Shown here piece by piece: positions 47,617 to 53,615 of a stretch of 53,615 bases of DNA. This stretch comes from Bdellovibrionales bacterium RIFOXYD12_FULL_39_22 (GTDB taxonomy: Bacteria; Bdellovibrionota; Bacteriovoracia; Bacteriovoracales; Bacteriovoracaceae). The stretch covers positions 62,001-115,615 of the forward strand of contig MEQL01000027.1 in NCBI GenBank assembly GCA_001770205.1. Direction: 5' to 3'. The position numbers and the translations under genes are program-made. The number at the start of each line of letters is the position of its first letter. The stretch's first letter is position 1. Below the pieces are notes generated by a model. That model did no database searches. It was not told where the DNA came from and saw nothing but the letters and a program-made list of their open reading frames with translations.

Positions 47617-49365
47617 ATGTCAGTAGTCGCCGCTTTTTTGAACTCAAAAGAATTTTCTAAACTTATTGTTAAAGGGAAGGATCAATCCTATTTAACAGTG
47701 GAACAAATTAACGATGCTATCCCGGCCAGCATTATCGATCCCGAGATGATCGATGAGATAATGCAGCAGATTTTGGATGCTAAAATTAACATCCAGGCCA
47801 CAGATGTTGAAGAAGATGATGATGACGGGATCAGGCTGGATGGAACAGAAATTATCGAGGAGACGCTCTCCAAAGAAGAACGCGCAGAATTGCGATCGGC
47901 CTCTACCGATCCTGTTAAACTATATCTGAAAAGAATGGGATCAGTGGCACTTCTAACTCGCGAGGGAGAGGTTGAAATTGCAAAAGAAATCGAAGAAGGT
48001 GAACGAGAGATTATTCTCTCATCACTATCCTCTTCTCACGCACTTCGTGAAATTGTAAAACTTCGCGAAAAAATAGACTCTCAAGAAAACCAAATGGAAT
48101 ACGTTAAGGATCTCGTCCGTGGTCTAGACGATGAATCGCCGCCTCAAGAAATTATTGATGTGCAGGAGAGAATTTTTAAAGTAGTCAACAACGTAAAAGA
48201 GTTCGTGGCCAAAGTTGAAAATGAAGATGGGACATTGAAGAAATTTGACAAAAATGAACAAGCCGAGTTTGCTCAAATTTCCGAGACACTGGCAGACCTA
48301 ACTTTTAATCGAAAGGTTATAAACAGCTTTGTTGACCCTGTAAAAAATTACTTTTTGCAATTTAAAGACCTCTACGACCAAGAATTGCGTATTTTTAAGT
48401 TTTTGGAAGTAAAAAACGTTGAAGACTATAAGCGACTTTACGAAAAAGTAATGAACGATGATACGTTTAAGCGAAAATATGCCAAAGACCTATATACCAC
48501 TGATGCAAAAATCGAGCAGTTGTTACGAAATGAGGAAGATATTTTAAGAAAACTGCGCCGTCTTAGTATCGAAGCCGGAATGAGTTATGATGACATCGAA
48601 AAAGTTTATAACATCATCACCCATGGGGAAGCTAAAGCAGATAAGGCCAAGTCGCAACTGGTAGAAGCAAATTTACGATTAGTTGTCTCTATAGCTAAAA
48701 AATATACAAATCGGGGATTGCAATTTTTAGATTTGATTCAAGAAGGGAATATTGGCCTAATGAAGGCCGTTGATAAGTTTGAGTATCGTCGTGGCTATAA
48801 GTTTTCCACTTATGCCACTTGGTGGATTCGTCAGGCCATAACTCGCGCCATCGCTGATCAAGCGCGCACCATTAGAATTCCTGTGCATATGATCGAAACC
48901 ATCAACAAGATGGTACGCACTTCTCGGCAACTAATTCAAGAATTAGGAAGAGAACCAACTCCAGAGGAAATTGCTGATAAAATGGAAATGCCGGTAGATA
49001 AAGTAAAAAAGGTACAGAAAATTTCCAAAGAACCTATTTCGCTTGAGACTCCTATCGGAGAAGAGGAAGATTCTAGTCTTGGAGATTTTATTGAGGACAA
49101 AAAAATAATTTCTCCAGCAGACGCAGTAATGAGTGTAACATTGTCCGAACAAACACGCTCTGTTCTGGCAACACTTACTCCGCGAGAGGAAAAAGTATTG
49201 CGTATGCGTTTTGGTATTGGGGAAAAATCGGATCATACCTTGGAAGAAGTTGGACAAGATTTCTTTGTTACTCGCGAACGAATCAGGCAAATTGAGGCAA
49301 AAGCGTTGCGCAAGTTACGTCATCCAAGTCGAGCAAAACTATTAAAGGCGTATTTAGACAACTAA
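47617..49365 (+). CDS. rpoD: RNA polymerase primary sigma factor
   Basis: [60 protein letters not shown]. Confidence 0.99.
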   Translation: MSVVAAFLNSKEFSKLIVKGKDQSYLTVEQINDAIPASIIDPEMIDEIMQQILDAKINIQATDVEEDDDDGIRLDGTEIIEETLSKEERAELRSASTDPVKLYLKRMGSVALLTREGEVEIAKEIEEGEREIILSSLSSSHALREIVKLREKIDSQENQMEYVKDLVRGLDDESPPQEIIDVQERIFKVVNNVKEFVAKVENEDGTLKKFDKNEQAEFAQISETLADLTFNRKVINSFVDPVKNYFLQFKDLYDQELRIFKFLEVKNVEDYKRLYEKVMNDDTFKRKYAKDLYTTDAKIEQLLRNEEDILRKLRRLSIEAGMSYDDIEKVYNIITHGEAKADKAKSQLVEANLRLVVSIAKKYTNRGLQFLDLIQEGNIGLMKAVDKFEYRRGYKFSTYATWWIRQAITRAIADQARTIRIPVHMIETINKMVRTSRQLIQELGREPTPEEIADKMEMPVDKVKKVQKISKEPISLETPIGEEEDSSLGDFIEDKKIISPADAVMSVTLSEQTRSVLATLTPREEKVLRMRFGIGEKSDHTLEEVGQDFFVTRERIRQIEAKALRKLRHPSRAKLLKAYLDN

Positions 49366-49374
49366 TGCGCAAAA

Positions 49375-52300
49375 GTGATGAGTTTGTCAAAACAGCATTT
49401 TGAGATACCATCTTTTATCCTAACAGATTGCAAAAATTATTTTCACGATGATGGCAAAATAAATAGGGCCATTCGACTATTCAGTAATGCTAAAATCTCG
49501 ATCTCCTATAAGCGAGGGGACGATATCAATTATTATATTGTTGCCGGATTAATTAAAGATGATCGCACTTACTCCAGTAAAGTGATCTATAAAAATAGAA
49601 TGAAAGATACGCCCGAGGGGCCACTTACGTCTAGTTGTGATTGTACACTTTGGAGTGATGTCAAACACTGCCACCATGTTATTGCTCTGTTTTTATACAA
49701 TAGTGTGGCCGATGCGCATAATCGTAAAGTGGTGGCCCATGAGCAGGATGTCCATTTCCCGCCCATAGCACTATCGTCGGTTGCGGCAGTTTCAGTTTTG
49801 GAGTATGGAACAATTATTAAAAATCCCTCCAAATTAGAAGGTGCCCCTGTCAATGCCACCTATTCTGGACTGCAATATTTGCTATCAAATAATAAAATTA
49901 TAAGTTTCCCACTCCCTATTAGTTTTTGTGGGAAATTGATAGTTTCTATTAACTCTGGTACGAACAAAGATGGCAGTATTGATAATATTCGATTTAAATA
50001 TCGCGGGGCTAATACAGATGCTGATCAACGGGCCATTATAGAAATTTCTCTTTTTGAACAGTACTACCTTTTTGATTGGAAAAATGGACGTGCGTATCAA
50101 TTACCAAGCGGAATACAAGATTTTATACAAAAAATTCGTAGCGATGATGAATTTTATAAAATTAATCATATTTTAAATTTTTTGGTAAAAGAGATTAAGG
50201 AAGAAGTTTGTGAAGTGGAAATTGATGGAATAACTACCAGCGAAATTCCACGAGTGACAGTTAATCCGTCCTTAGTTCTTTTGCCTGGGAATAAAAAAAG
50301 TTTGTTGCAGGCAGAGTTAACATTTATAGATGAACAAAATCGCATTTACGCGCCACCTCTTCTTTTGAACGCACTTTGTTTTCGTGGGGGAGAGTTGAAT
50401 GGATTTCGGAAAAAAGGTGATGCCTATATTTTTGTTCATGAGATGATTAGATATCTTAAAAATGATCAATATCCCATTAATAAATTTTTAATCGGACGTA
50501 CTCATAAAAAAGGCCTACAGAACATCATTGCCTCTATGAAAGCAGCTTCTGGGCTTGTCTATGATGTTCGTGCTCAGAAAATTGTGGAATACTCTCAAGA
50601 GTTTGTTAAGGAACTATTTCATAGCTTGCACAATCATTTCTCGGAACTACTTTTCCGTTTCGCAGAATACGATTATGAATCTGGAAAGCTCATATATTTA
50701 ATTAGTTCATCAGCAATCTTTAGTGGAATGTCTAGCTTTTATAGTGAAATGTTAAAATATAGCATCAAGGTTTTTTATGATCGCAATCAAATTTCTACGT
50801 GGACTTCTCGCGTTAGATTTGAACGCCGTTCCTCTGCAACGAAGTGGTTTGATCTTGAACTTAATATTTCAAAAGAAGATTGGGAAATTATAAGTAGCGC
50901 TACTGCAAGTACTGGGCTGGTGCAAACTAGCTCTGGTTTGGTATTAATAAACAATGAGCAACAAGAATTACTAAAATTCATAAAAAAATACACTCGCTAT
51001 GAAAGTTCAAAATTCCAATTAAAACTTGGTGTAGACGGCCGGGCCATGGATGGGGAAATGGCCGAGCTTGGTGGAAAGAAATTTATCCTTCCCTTTAGTC
51101 GCGTGCGAATTTTTGAGCTTTTTGAATTAAAAAAAATGGGTATTCCTGGAGCACTAACTGAGGCTGAAGAACAATTATGCGAAACATTGGCCAATCTACG
51201 CGAGATGCCAAGCTATCCTATCCCCGAGACAATGAAAGATGTTTTGCGTCCATATCAGGCAACTGGATACAATTGGCTCCGTTTTTTATATGAAAACAAA
51301 TTAGGAGCATGCTTGGCGGACGATATGGGATTAGGAAAAACATTGCAGGCCATCTCTTTTATTGAAAGTGTCTTCGATAAGATTCAGCGCGTTTTGGTAA
51401 TTTGCCCCGTGACAATTTTAATTAATTGGGAAAAGGAAATTCAAAAATTTTCTCAGATGAAGTCACACATCTATCATGGCGGCGAACGCCACTTCCCAAA
51501 CGATGTTAAAATTATTCTTACCAGTTATGGAGTAATGAAAAAAGAGGCGGAAGATACTTTCACTAAAAACTTTTTTGATATCTTGATTTTAGATGAGGTA
51601 CAAAATTTAAAAAATATCCGATCACTTGGTTCGTATGCGGCTCGCAAAATAAATGCTGGTTTTAAAATTTGCATGACAGGTACTCCCGTGGAAAATGATT
51701 TGGCCGAATTTTATAATATTTTAGATCTTGCTGTTCCCGGTATTTGGGGAGATTTACAATTCATCAGAACAAGCTCTTCTCAAAAGACAAGGCCACTGGC
51801 CAGAAGATTAGCAAAACCATTTATTTTGCGCAGAACGAAGGAACAAGTTTTATCCGATCTTCCTCCTAAAATTGAAAATACTATCTACTTAGAATTTTCT
51901 GAGGATGAGAAGAGACGATACTACACCACCTTGCTCACTACGCGGGATCAAATTCAAAATTCTTCATCAAAATCAAAATACGGAGAGATCTTAAAAGGCC
52001 TTTTGCGACTACGGCAAAGCTGTCTCTGGCAAAATACTATGTCCACGGATGGTTCATTGCCTGAGATGGTTTCTACTAAAATTGCTTTTTTGCTGGAGCA
52101 GTTATCACAAATTATTGCTGAAGGGCATAGAGTTATTGTTTTTTCACAATTTACCACTTACCTCGATATTATTCAAAAGGCGGTGGCACCCTTTAAGTGG
52201 CCTACTTCTAGAATTGATGGTTCTCAAACCATTAATAAACGGCAGGCCCAGGTTGACAACTTTCAATCAGGGAAAAGCGTATTGTTTTTAATTAGTTTAA

Positions 52301-52587
52301 AGGCCGGAGGAGTTGGACTTAATCTCACAGCTGCAAGTTATGTTTTTATTATGGATCCCTGGTGGAATCCGGCAGTTGAGTCACAGGCCGTGGATCGAGC
52401 ACATCGAATTGGCCAACTGAATCGTTTAAATGTTTATCGTCCAGTTATTAAAGATTCCGTTGAAGAAAAGGTGTTGGCACTTCAAGAAGAAAAGCGAGAG
52501 TTGTTTAAAGATTTATTAGACGATGCGGATGAAAGCTTTTTTACTGGCCGGTTAACGATGAAGGATTTTGAGCATCTTTTGTCGTAA
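49375..52587 (+). CDS. SWIM zinc finger-SNF2 family helicase
   Basis: CDC..CHH SWIM motif, LADDMGLGKT, LDEVQ, SLKAGGVGLNLT, DPWWNPAVE.QA.DRAHRIGQ. Confidence 0.93.
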   Translation: MMSLSKQHFEIPSFILTDCKNYFHDDGKINRAIRLFSNAKISISYKRGDDINYYIVAGLIKDDRTYSSKVIYKNRMKDTPEGPLTSSCDCTLWSDVKHCHHVIALFLYNSVADAHNRKVVAHEQDVHFPPIALSSVAAVSVLEYGTIIKNPSKLEGAPVNATYSGLQYLLSNNKIISFPLPISFCGKLIVSINSGTNKDGSIDNIRFKYRGANTDADQRAIIEISLFEQYYLFDWKNGRAYQLPSGIQDFIQKIRSDDEFYKINHILNFLVKEIKEEVCEVEIDGITTSEIPRVTVNPSLVLLPGNKKSLLQAELTFIDEQNRIYAPPLLLNALCFRGGELNGFRKKGDAYIFVHEMIRYLKNDQYPINKFLIGRTHKKGLQNIIASMKAASGLVYDVRAQKIVEYSQEFVKELFHSLHNHFSELLFRFAEYDYESGKLIYLISSSAIFSGMSSFYSEMLKYSIKVFYDRNQISTWTSRVRFERRSSATKWFDLELNISKEDWEIISSATASTGLVQTSSGLVLINNEQQELLKFIKKYTRYESSKFQLKLGVDGRAMDGEMAELGGKKFILPFSRVRIFELFELKKMGIPGALTEAEEQLCETLANLREMPSYPIPETMKDVLRPYQATGYNWLRFLYENKLGACLADDMGLGKTLQAISFIESVFDKIQRVLVICPVTILINWEKEIQKFSQMKSHIYHGGERHFPNDVKIILTSYGVMKKEAEDTFTKNFFDILILDEVQNLKNIRSLGSYAARKINAGFKICMTGTPVENDLAEFYNILDLAVPGIWGDLQFIRTSSSQKTRPLARRLAKPFILRRTKEQVLSDLPPKIENTIYLEFSEDEKRRYYTTLLTTRDQIQNSSSKSKYGEILKGLLRLRQSCLWQNTMSTDGSLPEMVSTKIAFLLEQLSQIIAEGHRVIVFSQFTTYLDIIQKAVAPFKWPTSRIDGSQTINKRQAQVDNFQSGKSVLFLISLKAGGVGLNLTAASYVFIMDPWWNPAVESQAVDRAHRIGQLNRLNVYRPVIKDSVEEKVLALQEEKRELFKDLLDDADESFFTGRLTMKDFEHLLS

Positions 52588-52672
52588 AAAGTTGGCCGGG
52601 GGAGGCGGGAGTCAAAGCGAATAAAGGTTCCTCCAGTTTATCTAACTAAAATGATATAATTTATTGTGATTA

Positions 52673-53530
52673 TTAAATTTGACTCCAGACCATCGATTCT
52701 TCTAGTAACTCTTGCTCGCCAATTTTGCATGTTTTTATATGATTTGTCTTTTTAGCACCATTGTGTTCATAAAATTGAAGGGTTGGATTTTTACATAGCA
52801 CCCAGCAGTAGGCACTATTAAATCCTAATTTTTTTAGTGCAGAAAGACTGTGAATTAGAAGTTTTTTTCCAATTCCAAGGCCCTTGTATTTTTCAAGTAG
52901 ATAAAAAGCACATATTTCTCCAAGGTGTTCATATAATTCGTTGCCGGGACCAATATCGCGTGATTTGCCACCGAGACTAATGCCAACGATTCCATGCAAA
53001 TGGGTTTCTGCAACTATGCCGAAATTATTTTTGTCCTTCATGGATTGCTTTTTTCCTCTTACACCCCGGGCAAAATATAAGTGTCGATCACGAAGAGTTT
53101 TATCAGAAATAATTCCTACATAAGATTCCTTCCAAGCATTTAAGTTAACATTAGTTATTTCTGCCGCATCACTCATAACCGCAGGGCGAATTAGTGTTTG
53201 GGCGATCAATTCAAAGTTTTCTGGAAAAACAAATACCCCATTTACTTGAAAAAAATCATGCACACTAACAACTGCATCCAATTCAATGTTTCCATAAACA
53301 TGTGGAAATTTATCCTCGTCATCACCCTCATATTTGACTTCACTCTCAAGCAATTCTTGATCAATATTCAATAGCAGCAGATCATTAGCTTGTTTGAAAA
53401 GAAAGTTGGCAATCCCTAAAATTTGATGCGGAAGAGAGCAGTGAATAAAGCCACCCTCGCTTTTATATGAACCAGAAGAGAGGGCAAGGTTCCAGGACTC
53501 TTTGGTCGTGATGTGAAAAATTGTTTTCAT
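52673..53530 (-). CDS. DUF952 domain fused to a GNAT acetyltransferase
   Basis: N-part IFHI..W..GFIHCS..FPHVYG (DUF952); C-part IRPA..DA..I, KGLGIGK.L, WVL..N..FYE..G (GNAT). Confidence 0.88.
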   Translation of the reverse strand: MKTIFHITTKESWNLALSSGSYKSEGGFIHCSLPHQILGIANFLFKQANDLLLLNIDQELLESEVKYEGDDEDKFPHVYGNIELDAVVSVHDFFQVNGVFVFPENFELIAQTLIRPAVMSDAAEITNVNLNAWKESYVGIISDKTLRDRHLYFARGVRGKKQSMKDKNNFGIVAETHLHGIVGISLGGKSRDIGPGNELYEHLGEICAFYLLEKYKGLGIGKKLLIHSLSALKKLGFNSAYCWVLCKNPTLQFYEHNGAKKTNHIKTCKIGEQELLEESMVWSQI

Positions 53531-53615
53531 ATATAGTATTAAGACGTTACTACTCTGTATTTTGAGAGCAAAAAGGAAGATGATTTAAAGAAGTTTGGAT
53601 ACAGTAAGGATTGTA

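Overview
AT-rich bacterial chromosomal window. Gene content and style (many signal-peptide hypotheticals, sigma28-like promoters, RxPAS-type motif) suggest a predatory Bdellovibrionota/Bacteriovoracia-like organism; this is inference. Core genes: valS, hisS, gap, recD2, lhgO, rluB, trmB-dnaG-rpoD-SNF2, and a kdpABCDE operon with a KdpE box whose kdpB carries a single in-frame TAA. No CRISPR, rRNA, intact tRNA or IS element was seen. Best leads: (1) a GIY-YIG nuclease fused to a DUF523/TudS thio-nucleobase desulfidase, head-to-head with a B12 radical SAM enzyme; (2) a GC-richer secreted cysteine-protease gene bracketed by a diverged duplicate of the 3' end of a DCC1-like gene; (3) normally cytoplasmic enzymes carrying signal peptides (NADAR, UbiB/ABC1 kinase); (4) strong GGCC over-representation and a recurrent TGTCTAA-N6-(G/T)ACA intergenic motif; (5) sigma28-driven microproteins, one resembling the FliF C-terminal helices. 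All family calls come from motif recognition by eye; no searches were run.
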